DNA of 41,323 nucleotides. Origin: Armatimonadia bacterium. GTDB lineage: Bacteria; Armatimonadota; Zipacnadia; Zipacnadales; UBA11051. The stretch spans positions 1-41,323 of the forward strand of contig JBDKRC010000143.1 of NCBI GenBank assembly GCA_039683575.1, written 5' to 3'. Positions 1 to 8,196 of the stretch are shown in pieces; positions within the stretch are counted from its first letter, which is position 1, and every line of letters starts with the position of its first letter. The notes under the pieces are model-generated. The model worked only from the letters and a program-made list of their open reading frames with translations. It was not told the DNA's origin and made no database searches. The translations under genes and the position numbers were made by a program.

Positions 1-2
1 CC

Positions 3-614
3 GGTAGGAGCGCTCCCCTGAGCGCGACATCACCGACAAGCCTTATCATAGCCGCTAACGATCGCGCTGCGACCGCATGCGGTCGCATGGGGAGCGCTCC
101 TACAGGCAGCCAAGTTGGGGGTGCGGATCGGGTTATGGTGCCGGTGTTGATGGGGTTGTTTGTGGCGCTGGTGATTGTTACGCTGCCGTGGTTCAAGGGG
201 TACTTGCCACTTCCGCCGCAGAAGGCGCCGTTGTTGTCGCTTGAGACGCCGGTGCGGAGTACGGCGTGGCTGCTTGAGCATAGTCCGCCGGGACGGCTGT
301 TTCATCATATGAGCTATGGGAGCTATCTCATCTGGGCCGCGCCGGGGCGGTACCAGGTGTTTGTGGACCCGCGGGTGGAGCTGTATTCGCCGGAGATCTG
401 GCAGGAATATGAAGTGCTCTCGCGCGGGGGACCGGGGTGGGAGAGGCTGGTCAAGAAGTGGGGGGTCAGGACGATGATGCTGGACACGGCGCAGCAGAAC
501 GGGCTGGTGAAGGCGGCGCTGGCGAGCGGGAAGTGGGTGGAAGTGGCGCGGTTTGGAGGGACGGTGTTGATGGAGGAAAGGCATTCAAAGGATGAGGAGG
601 ATGGGGGAGGATGA
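3..614 (+). CDS. 3' part of a multi-pass membrane protein (GT-C-like/hypothetical); gene begins upstream of the window
   Basis: Frame is open from base 3. One TM segment (VPVLMGLFVALVIVTLPWF) is followed by LFHHMSYGSYLIW...VFVDPRVELY, which resembles the C-terminal soluble domain of widespread integral membrane proteins. Confidence 0.65.
   Translation, partial: GRSAPLSATSPTSLIIAANDRAATACGRMGSAPTGSQVGGADRVMVPVLMGLFVALVIVTLPWFKGYLPLPPQKAPLLSLETPVRSTAWLLEHSPPGRLFHHMSYGSYLIWAAPGRYQVFVDPRVELYSPEIWQEYEVLSRGGPGWERLVKKWGVRTMMLDTAQQNGLVKAALASGKWVEVARFGGTVLMEERHSKDEEDGGG
4..103. repeat. REP doublet (GTAG-type) inside the open reading frame
   Basis: Perfect 15-bp inverted repeat GTAGGAGCGCTCCCC (4-18) / GGGGAGCGCTCCTAC (89-103); internal 20-bp perfect palindrome TGCGACCGCATGCGGTCGCA (68-87); tail motif ATCACCGACAA (29-39). 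Confidence 0.85.
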
Positions 615-645
615 GAAGGATACGGCGAGTGGAGGGAGAGCTTGT

Positions 646-730
646 CAGGATGGACAGGATGACGGCGCGATGGACAGGATAGAGGCGGGGAGGAGAGGCA
701 TTTACAGGATGTGAGGATGGGAGGATGGGG
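646..730. repeat. Purine-rich short repeats (CAGGAT / GGACAGGAT)
   Basis: CAGGAT at 646, 655, 675 and 705, plus GAGGAT copies, between convergent genes. Confidence 0.6.
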
Positions 731-759
731 GCCGGGGGGAGATACGGCGGGAGAGGGAG

Positions 760-1521
760 TTAGTAGGCATCGGTCTTGAGGGCGGTGGCTACCAGTAGGC
801 GGTAGCGCTCTTTGCCGCCGAAGGTGTGGTGGACTTCTTCCATTTCCTCGACGCGGGCTACGTCGAAGAAGCGGCTGAGTTCCTCGTGGAGCTCGGCGGC
901 GCTGTAGAAGTGCAGGGTCTCGCCGACGGCAAACTCGAAGGTGTCGGGCTCTACCTGCCGGCCGTAGCCGTAGCGGTCGTCGTCGGTGGAGAGTACGGAG
1001 ACCACGAGGACGCCGCCTTGCTTGAGACTGCGATAGAAGCTGCGCAGCAGGCAATCGCGCTGGGAGGCGCGGACCTGGTGCAGGACGTTGTGAGAGAAGA
1101 TCGCGTCGTATTTGCGCAGTCTGCGGCGCGGGACGATGATGTCGTCCACATAGCACTCCACGGTGGCCCCAACCCGCTCGGCACGGCGGTTGACCAGCCC
1201 AACAGCCCGCTCCGACACGTCAAAGGCAGTGACCTGGAAGCCGCGGCTGGCCAGGAAAGCGCTGCACTGCCCGCCACCACAGGCCGGGCATAGCACCTGG
1301 TAGGCTCCAGCACGCTGCAGGACCTGGGCGGCGAATTGCGCCACCTCAGACAACTCGGCCCCGAGCTTTTCGGCAAGCAGCTCCAGCTCCTCCTGTTCGG
1401 TCTGTGGGACTTGCGACAAGACTTTTCTCAACTCCTCGAGATCCGGTCGCCGCCTGGCTGGCGACCGCCGATGCCTTCGGACCCTCGTTGCGGCCTCTCC
1501 TGCAGGCTCATCGTTCGCCAT
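760..1521 (-). CDS. Class I SAM-dependent methyltransferase
   Basis: Motif I VLCPACGGG, then VTAFDVS, YDAIFS, LKQGGVLVV. AGGAGG RBS precedes ATG at 1521. The upstream extension of the listed ORF is translated REP DNA. Confidence 0.85.
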   Translation of the reverse strand: MANDEPAGEAATRVRRHRRSPARRRPDLEELRKVLSQVPQTEQEELELLAEKLGAELSEVAQFAAQVLQRAGAYQVLCPACGGGQCSAFLASRGFQVTAFDVSERAVGLVNRRAERVGATVECYVDDIIVPRRRLRKYDAIFSHNVLHQVRASQRDCLLRSFYRSLKQGGVLVVSVLSTDDDRYGYGRQVEPDTFEFAVGETLHFYSAAELHEELSRFFDVARVEEMEEVHHTFGGKERYRLLVATALKTDAY

Positions 1522-1568
1522 GGTTGGTGGAATACCTCCTGGTTGTAGGTTTTGTCCGAGACGGGCGC

Positions 1569-1832
1569 GGCGGGCGGACCACGGTCCGCCCCTGCGGCGG
1601 TGCGCTGGTTGGTCGGTGATGACGGCCGGCGGGGTACGAGCCCCCGCCCTACAGGAGGGCCGCGCCCGGTACGGTAGCGGAGGCGGGCGAGACGCCCGCA
1701 CTACGCGGATTGGGTTGTGGCTGGCGGACGACGGTCCGCCCCTATGGCGGTGCGCCGGTTGGTCGGTGATGACGGCCGGCGGGGTACGAGCCCCCGCCCT
1801 ACAGCAGGGCCGCGCCCTACAGCAGGGCCGCG
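1569..1832. repeat. BIME-like composite of three REP types with a 150-bp-period duplication
   Basis: 1573-1667 and 1723-1817 are near-identical. Each has GGCGGAC(C/G)ACGGTCCGCCCCT and TCGGTGATGACGGCCGGCGGGGTACGAGCCCCCGCCCTACAG; GCGGGCGAGACGCCCGCACTAC lies between them. Confidence 0.9.
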
Positions 1833-1946
1833 TTGACGCCGTGAGGGGCTTGGGCACTTGCCGAAAACGGGCATTTGTGATAATACAAGGTCCTGCCTCA
1901 CCCTATGACGAACCACCTTGGACTATTGTTGCAACGGAGCCACATC

Positions 1947-2465
1947 ATGCAGACTGTCGGTATTCTCGTGCGTCTCAAAATCCCCGATGTCACCGCTCTG
2001 ACCGCGGGCAATGCGCTGCGCCGGAGCATGGGTTATTCTCAACTCAAGGAATTGCGGCGGGCTGACTACTATCGCCTCGAACTGGCTGTGGACACTCAGG
2101 AGCAGGCCCTTGAACTCGCTCGCGAGCTCGCCGAGAAGACCAACCTGTTCGTAAACCCCAACAAGCACGTCTATGAACTGTGGACCTCGCGCGAAGAGGC
2201 CGCGCCCGCCGAGGGCACGCTGGCGCATGTGCTCGTCACCGATCCCCACGACGGCTCGGCCGAGGGCATGCTGTCCGCGCTGCAGGGGCGCCTCGGCTAC
2301 GGCGGCAAGGTTACGGGCTTGACCAAGGGGCTGCTGTGGACCATGGTGCTCGATACCAGCGACGCCGAGGAAGCCAAGCGGCTCGCCAGTGAGATGGCAG
2401 AGACCAAGTCGCTGGATAAGGGGCTGCTGGTGAACCCGCATTTCCAGGAATTTGAGGTATGGTGA
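1947..2465 (+). CDS. Tandem two-domain PurS-like protein (FGAM synthase PurS fold, duplicated)
   Basis: Two ~80-aa halves, each with a PurS-like pattern: VRLKIPD..A..AL...MGY..LKELRR..YY.L...NLFVNPNKH and VTDPHDG..AL..RLGY...V..L.KG.LW...GLLVNPHFQ.F. GGAG RBS at 1936-1939. Confidence 0.7.
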   Translation: MQTVGILVRLKIPDVTALTAGNALRRSMGYSQLKELRRADYYRLELAVDTQEQALELARELAEKTNLFVNPNKHVYELWTSREEAAPAEGTLAHVLVTDPHDGSAEGMLSALQGRLGYGGKVTGLTKGLLWTMVLDTSDAEEAKRLASEMAETKSLDKGLLVNPHFQEFEVW

Positions 2466-2471
2466 CGGCGG

Positions 2472-2541
2472 GGGAATCGGGAATGGGGAATCGGGAATCG
2501 GGGACGGCGGGTCGTTGGCGGCGAATGGGGAATTGGGAATA
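2472..2541. repeat. Heptamer tandem repeats GGGAAT(C/G/T), STRR-like
   Basis: GGGAATC GGGAATG GGGAATC GGGAATC (2472-2499) and GCGAATG GGGAATT GGGAATA (2521-2541). Confidence 0.8.
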
Positions 2542-2576
2542 ATGAACGGCTGACGACGAAGTAAAGGCAGAATCAG

Positions 2577-2615
2577 AATAGCGAATGGCCTGGTGGCCAT
2601 TCGCTATTTTTGTTT
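2577..2615 (+). terminator. Intrinsic terminator between convergent genes
   Basis: 14-bp stem AATAGCGAATGGCC / GGCCATTCGCTATT, 4-nt loop, followed by a T-run. Confidence 0.8.
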
Positions 2616-2630
2616 GTGTGGGGCGGAGGG

Positions 2631-5063
2631 CTACTTTACCGTGAGGTTGAGGTCGTCGAGGTAGGTTACGGCATTTTTGGTGTCGTTGGCTACTAAGTAG
2701 AGATCGGTGACGGTGGTGAACTCCGGTTTGGCGAAGGGCAGGGTGAGGGTGGTGGCTGTTTTGTCCGGCAAGGTGATGGTTAGCTGGTAGGACTGGTCCT
2801 CGGGCTCGCCCAGTTTGAAGATGAGGCGGAGCTGTGACCACTGGCCGAGGGGGAGGGTGGCTACCTGGTGGGCGCCGGCCATGAGCTTGCCCTGGTTGGT
2901 GAGCACCAGCGTGGGGCCGGAGGAGAAGACGCCGGGAGCCTTGTTGGCGTAGTCCCGGAACTCGACGCTGAACTCGCCGGGTCTGTCCGCGGCCTGTTTG
3001 AGCGCGAAGCTGAGGTCTACCTCGCCCTTCTCCACTGTCCCCTTGTAGTAGGCGTAGGGGTAGAATACGCGGCCGAGGTCGGGCATGTCCTGGATCTTCA
3101 GGCTCTGCTTGCCGGTGAAAGCGGTTTCGTCGGTCGCTCCGAACTTCGCTTCGCCAGCGGCTCCGGCGAGTGAGAGCTTTTTGGGGGCCTCGCCGAGGGG
3201 GATTTGTTCGAAGTCGAGGGCGAGGCCGAACGGTGTTGGCGGAAGCACGGGCATGTTCATGGCATAGGCGGGGTTGGGGGTGAGGCGGATCGGGTACTCG
3301 ATGTCGCGGTAGGCGGGCTCAAGGCCGGCGCGGGCGGCGATGGCTTTGGGGAAGTTCGGGTCGTCGGGCCTGACGCCGAGGTAGTTGGTGCCGATCTTGT
3401 GGTCGGCGGCGGTATTGCGGTTCTGGGCGATCTGGCTGTTGTTCCAGTCAACGTCGTAGACGATGTTGTCGTCGACCGTGAAGCCGGTGCTGCCCTCGTC
3501 GAAGTAGAGGCCGCACTGGCCGCTGTCGCAGGCGAAGGGGCTCTTGTGGTTGTCGTGGATGAGGTTGCCGCGGATGATGTTGCCGGGCTGGCGGCCGAGG
3601 GTGTAGATCCCGCCGCCATCCTGCACGAACTGCATGACGTTGTGGACGTGGTTGTTCTCGATGATGTTGTCACCCGCGGAGGTCGGGGCGGGCGTCCAGT
3701 TCCAGCCGCAGGCGATGCCAGTGTAGGGGCCGCGGCGCACGAGGTTGTGGCGGATTTTGGTGCCCTTCACAATCCCGCACCAGATGCCGTTGGCGGAGTA
3801 GTGGGTGAGACCGAGGTCGGTGATCAGGTTGTTCTCAACGGCGTTGTCGGTCGGCAGCGTGGGGTAGACGGCGTCCTGCTTCATGTTGCTCGCCCCGACC
3901 TTTACGCCGCCGCCGCCGAGGTCGTACAGGTAGCAACCCCGCACGTAGCACCCATTGCTGCCGAGGCCGAGCGTGACGGCGTAGGCGCCGGTGTGGGCCA
4001 TGACGCAGCGCTCGAAGCCGCAGCTTTGGGCGGCGGTAAGCTCGATGGCCGCGGGCAGGGCGGGCTGGCCCTGCGAAACGTCGTAGCCCTGCTCGGGGAC
4101 AGGCCACTCGGTATGGGCGAAGGTGAGGCCCTCGAAGCGGAGGTTGCTTACGAGCTGGGGCGGGTCGAGGGTCCCCTGTATGTTGACGAGCTTCTCGAGA
4201 CGCGGGGCGATGAGGGTGGTGTTGGTGAGGGTCTCGTCAGGCAGCGGGAGGTAGGTGAAGAGGCCGGTGGGGCGGTCGAGATACCACTGGCCGGGCTGCT
4301 TCAGTTCCTCCTTGAGGTTTTCGAGGTAGTAGGGGTTGTGCTCGTCCTTGTACCAGTGGCCGATGCGGAAGGTGGGGACGGAGGTGAGGGTGACGATGTC
4401 CTTGTTGAGGTCGAGTTCTTTGATCTTCAGGCGAGAGGCGCTCCAGGAGTGGATGGCTACGAGTTCGACCTGATCGAGGTTCTCGAAGTTCTGCAGATCG
4501 CCCTTGAAGAAGACGAAGTCCGGCTGGGCCGCACGGTGGGCCTGCGCCTTGCGGGCCGGTGACCAGGTGGTGCCGGCGACGAGGAGCATGCCGCGGGTGG
4601 GGCGGAAGCGGCGGGTGTAGAAGCGTTCGCCGGACTTGCGGGCGAATAGCTGCCGGAAGTACCAGTCGCCAGTTTTGACCTCGGGGAGGGTGGTCTGCCA
4701 GACGCGGAGGTTGCCCTGTTTGGTCTCTTTGAGGTCCTTGAGGGGCGCGCCACCGCTGAAGATGACCGGGCCCTGGGCCTTGTAGATGATGGGGGCGGTA
4801 GCGGTGCCGGAGTCCTCGGGGGTGAAGAGGACTGGCTCGGTGAGGTAGTAGGTGCCGGGGGCGAAGAGGACCGTTACCGGGCCGGTGAGGGGGCCGGCGG
4901 CCTTGAGCTTGCGGACGGCGTCGCGGGCTCCGGCGAGGGAGGCAAGGGGAGCGGCCCTGGTGCCGGGGGCGGTGTCGGAGCCGGTGGGGGCGACGTAGAG
5001 GGTGTTCTGGGCGAAGAGAGAGACGGGGATCAGTACGAGGGTCAGGAGCAGGAGAGTTCTCAT
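2631..5063 (-). CDS. Secreted right-handed beta-helix glycoside hydrolase, GH141-like, with C-terminal beta-sandwich domain
   Basis: Signal peptide; YVAPTGSD..GT..PLASL..ARDAVR, GTY.L.EP..F.PEDSGT, DGGGIYTLG.QPG, GLYFDEGS; many Asn/Ile beta-helix repeats. Confidence 0.8.
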   Translation of the reverse strand: MRTLLLLTLVLIPVSLFAQNTLYVAPTGSDTAPGTRAAPLASLAGARDAVRKLKAAGPLTGPVTVLFAPGTYYLTEPVLFTPEDSGTATAPIIYKAQGPVIFSGGAPLKDLKETKQGNLRVWQTTLPEVKTGDWYFRQLFARKSGERFYTRRFRPTRGMLLVAGTTWSPARKAQAHRAAQPDFVFFKGDLQNFENLDQVELVAIHSWSASRLKIKELDLNKDIVTLTSVPTFRIGHWYKDEHNPYYLENLKEELKQPGQWYLDRPTGLFTYLPLPDETLTNTTLIAPRLEKLVNIQGTLDPPQLVSNLRFEGLTFAHTEWPVPEQGYDVSQGQPALPAAIELTAAQSCGFERCVMAHTGAYAVTLGLGSNGCYVRGCYLYDLGGGGVKVGASNMKQDAVYPTLPTDNAVENNLITDLGLTHYSANGIWCGIVKGTKIRHNLVRRGPYTGIACGWNWTPAPTSAGDNIIENNHVHNVMQFVQDGGGIYTLGRQPGNIIRGNLIHDNHKSPFACDSGQCGLYFDEGSTGFTVDDNIVYDVDWNNSQIAQNRNTAADHKIGTNYLGVRPDDPNFPKAIAARAGLEPAYRDIEYPIRLTPNPAYAMNMPVLPPTPFGLALDFEQIPLGEAPKKLSLAGAAGEAKFGATDETAFTGKQSLKIQDMPDLGRVFYPYAYYKGTVEKGEVDLSFALKQAADRPGEFSVEFRDYANKAPGVFSSGPTLVLTNQGKLMAGAHQVATLPLGQWSQLRLIFKLGEPEDQSYQLTITLPDKTATTLTLPFAKPEFTTVTDLYLVANDTKNAVTYLDDLNLTVK

Positions 5064-5120
5064 CCGAATTCACCTCGCTAGAATATCCGAGGAGGGACGG
5101 TTGTCAGTCGGTCACCGCTC

Positions 5121-5513
5121 TCACCAGGGTCTGTTGCTCCACTCCCGCAGTTCGATGGCGAGGCCATCCGGGTCCGTGATTTCGGCCCGGATGGACCCGC
5201 CGAGGTCCATCGGGCCCCAGGTGACGGCTACGCCCTTGTCGCGCAGATAGGCCACGGCAGCGTCCATGGAGTCGACTTCGAGCGCCATGGCGCGGTAGCC
5301 GACCGCGGGCGCTGTGGGCTGCTGCGCCGGATTCTCGAAGTGCATGACCTCGATAATCCCATCGCCCAATTGGAGATAAGCGATCTCCTTCAGCGGCCCC
5401 TCGGGCAAGGCCATGCGCTGGACGATTTGGAAGCCGAGTACCTCGCGATAGAACGCGAGCGAGCGCTCGAAGTCGCTGGGCACGATTTCGACGTGGTCAA
5501 GGCGACGGAACAT
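5121..5513 (-). CDS. VOC/glyoxalase family protein
   Basis: LDHVEIVPSDFERSLAFYREVLGF ... ITDPDGLAIELRE; start ATG at 5513. Confidence 0.9.
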   Translation of the reverse strand: MFRRLDHVEIVPSDFERSLAFYREVLGFQIVQRMALPEGPLKEIAYLQLGDGIIEVMHFENPAQQPTAPAVGYRAMALEVDSMDAAVAYLRDKGVAVTWGPMDLGGSIRAEITDPDGLAIELREWSNRPW

Positions 5514-5563
5514 TATCCTCACCTCACAAGTGATCGATCCGGATTTCCCACGAGCAGGACGTA

Positions 5564-5720
5564 TCGGTGATAACGGCGGGCCGGATGCGCGGTGAGGCTG
5601 CGCATTCGGCCGCTCCTTGTGAAGCGATTGATTGTCGGTGATAACGGCGGGCCGGCTAAAGCTCGGCCCCTCCGAACGGCAACGGCGGCAACGACGTCGG
5701 GGCCAGTGGCCCCTCCCACA
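5564..5720. repeat. Cluster of REP-like hairpins (two TCGGTGATAACGGCGGGCCG elements, ACGGCA repeats, one GTGG-type REP)
   Basis: TCGGTGATAACGGCGGGCCGG at 5564 and 5635, ending CGGCCGCTCC and CGGCCCCTCC; GGGGCCAGTGGCCCCTCCCAC near 5699-5719. Confidence 0.8.
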
Positions 5721-5725
5721 GCGGG

Positions 5726-6820
5726 CTACTGGCCGATCTTGGTCAGGGTGTAGTCCGCCGAGCCGACTTTGAGCTCTTCGCAGCACTCGACCTGCAGGTA
5801 GGGGTCCTTGGCGTGGACGCGCTGGAGCAGGTGGCCCTTCTTGCCCATCTTCATCTGGTCGGGCAGGGTGCCGGGGATGTAGTCTACGGTGTCAATCAGG
5901 TCGAGGGAGGCCTTCTCGACGGCGGCGATGTCATCACCGGCTACAGCGCCCACGTCGGGGACGAGGGGTTGGGTGGACCAGCCCCAGCAGTCGCACAGGG
6001 GCGTGATGTTGTTGAGCACGCTGATGAAGTAGATTGACTTCTTGTCGAAGTGGGCGAGGCACTTTTTGACCGTCCAGGCCATGCCCATCTGGAAGTGGCG
6101 GTAGCGGGACTGGTCGACCTTGAGGCCTTGCACGGGGCAGGCGGAGACGCAGTGCATGCAGTAGCGGCAGTGGTGGTCCATGACGCTGAACTCGCCCTGC
6201 TTGTCGAAGCTGATCGCGCTGGTGGGGCAGTTGTCGCGGCACTGCATGCAGTGGGTGCAGATCTCGCCGTCCCATTCGAAGTTGCCGCTCATGAGGGCGT
6301 GAATGCGGCCGCGGGTCTTCATGCTGACGCAGCCCATGGCGATGTTCTTGATGGCGCCGCCGTAGCCGCAGTGGCCGTGGCCCTTGCCGTGGGAGAGCAC
6401 GAGGAGCGCGTCGGCATCCACGACGTTGCCGCAGAGTTCGACCTCGTCGAGGGTGTCATAGCCGACGGCCTCGCGGTAGAGGTACTTGTCGGCGATTCCG
6501 GCGGCGGGGAGGATGGGGCAGCCGAGGACCTCGTGGGTGTAGCCCTGCTTGTGGGCGTTGAAGAAGGCGGAGGTGCCGTCGGTTACAAAGGGGCGGCCGC
6601 CGACTTCCTGGATCGCCTGGACGACGGTGCGCACAAAGAAGGGGTGCAGGGTGTAGATGGCGCTGCCGCCGCCGAGGTGCATCTTGATCGCGACAGACTT
6701 GCCGGCGAAGCGCTTTTCGAAGCCGGCTTTGGCAATCATCTGCTCGTACTTGTAGGGGAAGCTGGCCTCGGCCGCGAGGCGGTCGAGGTGGGCTGAGGCA
6801 AATAGTACTTTCTTGGGCAT
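5726..6820 (-). CDS. DUF362 domain protein with 2x[4Fe-4S] ferredoxin insert
   Basis: VAIKMHLG, LSHGKGH..GYGGAIKNIAMGC, CTHCMQCRDNCP, CRYCMHCVSACP, ITPLCDC, D..AVEKASLDL. Confidence 0.9.
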   Translation of the reverse strand: MPKKVLFASAHLDRLAAEASFPYKYEQMIAKAGFEKRFAGKSVAIKMHLGGGSAIYTLHPFFVRTVVQAIQEVGGRPFVTDGTSAFFNAHKQGYTHEVLGCPILPAAGIADKYLYREAVGYDTLDEVELCGNVVDADALLVLSHGKGHGHCGYGGAIKNIAMGCVSMKTRGRIHALMSGNFEWDGEICTHCMQCRDNCPTSAISFDKQGEFSVMDHHCRYCMHCVSACPVQGLKVDQSRYRHFQMGMAWTVKKCLAHFDKKSIYFISVLNNITPLCDCWGWSTQPLVPDVGAVAGDDIAAVEKASLDLIDTVDYIPGTLPDQMKMGKKGHLLQRVHAKDPYLQVECCEELKVGSADYTLTKIGQ

Positions 6821-6847
6821 AGGTTGGAACCTCCACAGTTCGGTCCA

Positions 6848-7098
6848 GGGATTCTTCGCTTGCCGGACGCGGACGTCCGCCGCTCAGAATGACAAGGGTT
6901 TGGGATTTTGGGCGCCTGTTCCGGCCTTCTGCACGTAGCCTTGCTCAGAATGACAGACGCCAGTTGCTTCGGATGCTCACACTGGCGCGGGGGATTCTTC
7001 GCTTGCCGGACGCGGACGTCCGCCGCTCAGAATGACAAACGTTTGAGATTTTGGGCGCCTATTCCGGCCTTCTGCAGGTCGCTTTGCTCAGAATGACA
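6848..7098. repeat. Direct repeat (period 143 bp) built on GCTCAGAATGACA palindromic elements
   Basis: 6848-6955 and 6991-7098 are near-identical; GCTCAGAATGACA occurs at 6882, 6943, 7025 and 7086. Confidence 0.9.
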
Positions 7099-7109
7099 AG
7101 CTTACTGCT

Positions 7110-8060
7110 TTACTCCACTCCCGCCGCCTTCAGGTACTTCTCGCGTTCGCTGCGGGCGCGGTTCAGGTATGCTGTCCAGGGTTCGAGTTCGAACTCGGCG
7201 ACGAGGTCCTCGATGGTTACGTCATCCATCAGCGAGGCTATTGTGCAGTGGGCTTCGGGGTAGTGGTTCTCGATCTCGATGCCCGCACCGTACTTCTTGA
7301 ACATCTCGGGGAACTTGTTCTGGTTGCCATCGAGATGGAACAGCATGCGGTCGGTGTTGATGACCGTTGAGTAGAGGGGCGGCAGGAGACCGCTGCGGAC
7401 CTGGTTGTGCTCCCAGCCGGTGTCGCCGAGGAAGCGGCCGGACATGTCCACGACGTAGCTGCGGGCGCTGCAACTGGAGACGATGTAGAAGCCGAAGTCG
7501 CGGGCCCAGTGCAGGAGGCGGTCGCCGCCGATGAAGGCGGAGACGAAGCAGACGACGCGGGCGTCGTTGGCCGCGAGTGCCTGGCCTACCTCGATGAACT
7601 TGAGGTCGAAGCAGATCGCCGCGCCGATGCGGCCGAAGTCGGTCTCGAAGGTGGGGGCGTCGGTGCCGGGGATGATGCCGATCTCCATCTCGCCGATAGT
7701 GGGCTGGTACTTGTGATAGAGGCCCAGGACCTCACCCTCGCGGTCGATGAAGCAGGCGGTGTTGTAGAGCTTGTCCTCGTCACGCTCGAGCATGGGGATG
7801 CAGAGGTACATCTTGTGCTTGGCCGCGATCTCGCAGGCGCGGTCGATGAGCGGGCCAGGGATGCTCTCGGCGTTGTCGGGCCATTGCTCGAAGGGGAAGC
7901 CGCCCATGTTGAAGGTCTCGGGGAAGACGACGAGGTCGGGCTTGCCCAGCGCGGCCTGTTCGAGGTACTCGGCCATCTTATCGCGCGTGCGGCGGTGGAA
8001 GTGATCGCCGGCTTCTACGCCGCCGTAGGCAACAGTGGTCACACGGGTAAAGCGGGACAT
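7110..8060 (-). CDS. Carbon-nitrogen hydrolase (nitrilase superfamily)
   Basis: Glu-Lys-Cys triad motifs VVFPETF, YHKYQP and AICFDLKF; LYNTA; GAGGAG RBS before ATG at 8060. Confidence 0.9.
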   Translation of the reverse strand: MSRFTRVTTVAYGGVEAGDHFHRRTRDKMAEYLEQAALGKPDLVVFPETFNMGGFPFEQWPDNAESIPGPLIDRACEIAAKHKMYLCIPMLERDEDKLYNTACFIDREGEVLGLYHKYQPTIGEMEIGIIPGTDAPTFETDFGRIGAAICFDLKFIEVGQALAANDARVVCFVSAFIGGDRLLHWARDFGFYIVSSCSARSYVVDMSGRFLGDTGWEHNQVRSGLLPPLYSTVINTDRMLFHLDGNQNKFPEMFKKYGAGIEIENHYPEAHCTIASLMDDVTIEDLVAEFELEPWTAYLNRARSEREKYLKAAGVE

Positions 8061-8196
8061 AGGGCGACTCTCCTCGTATGCTTTAGGTCTGAACGATTGT
8101 TTCCGCATCGGCCCGCAATATCCTCCACGCGTAGGAGGCAAAGGAAACGACGGCAGGTTGGCGAACTAGCGGAGGCTATCCGGAGGTACGACAACA

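Noticed and set aside
1522..1857. N-terminal extensions of listed ORFs (methyltransferase; likewise VOC 5514-5786, lipoprotein 10767-11126, porin 31813-31953)
   Set aside because: They run through REP DNA or neighbouring genes; downstream starts fit the RBS, signal peptide or domain boundary better.
1858..1886. Sigma70 promoter for the PurS-like gene (TTGCCG...GATAAT)
   Set aside because: Spacing is 15 bp for the better -10 and both boxes are imperfect; too weak to call.
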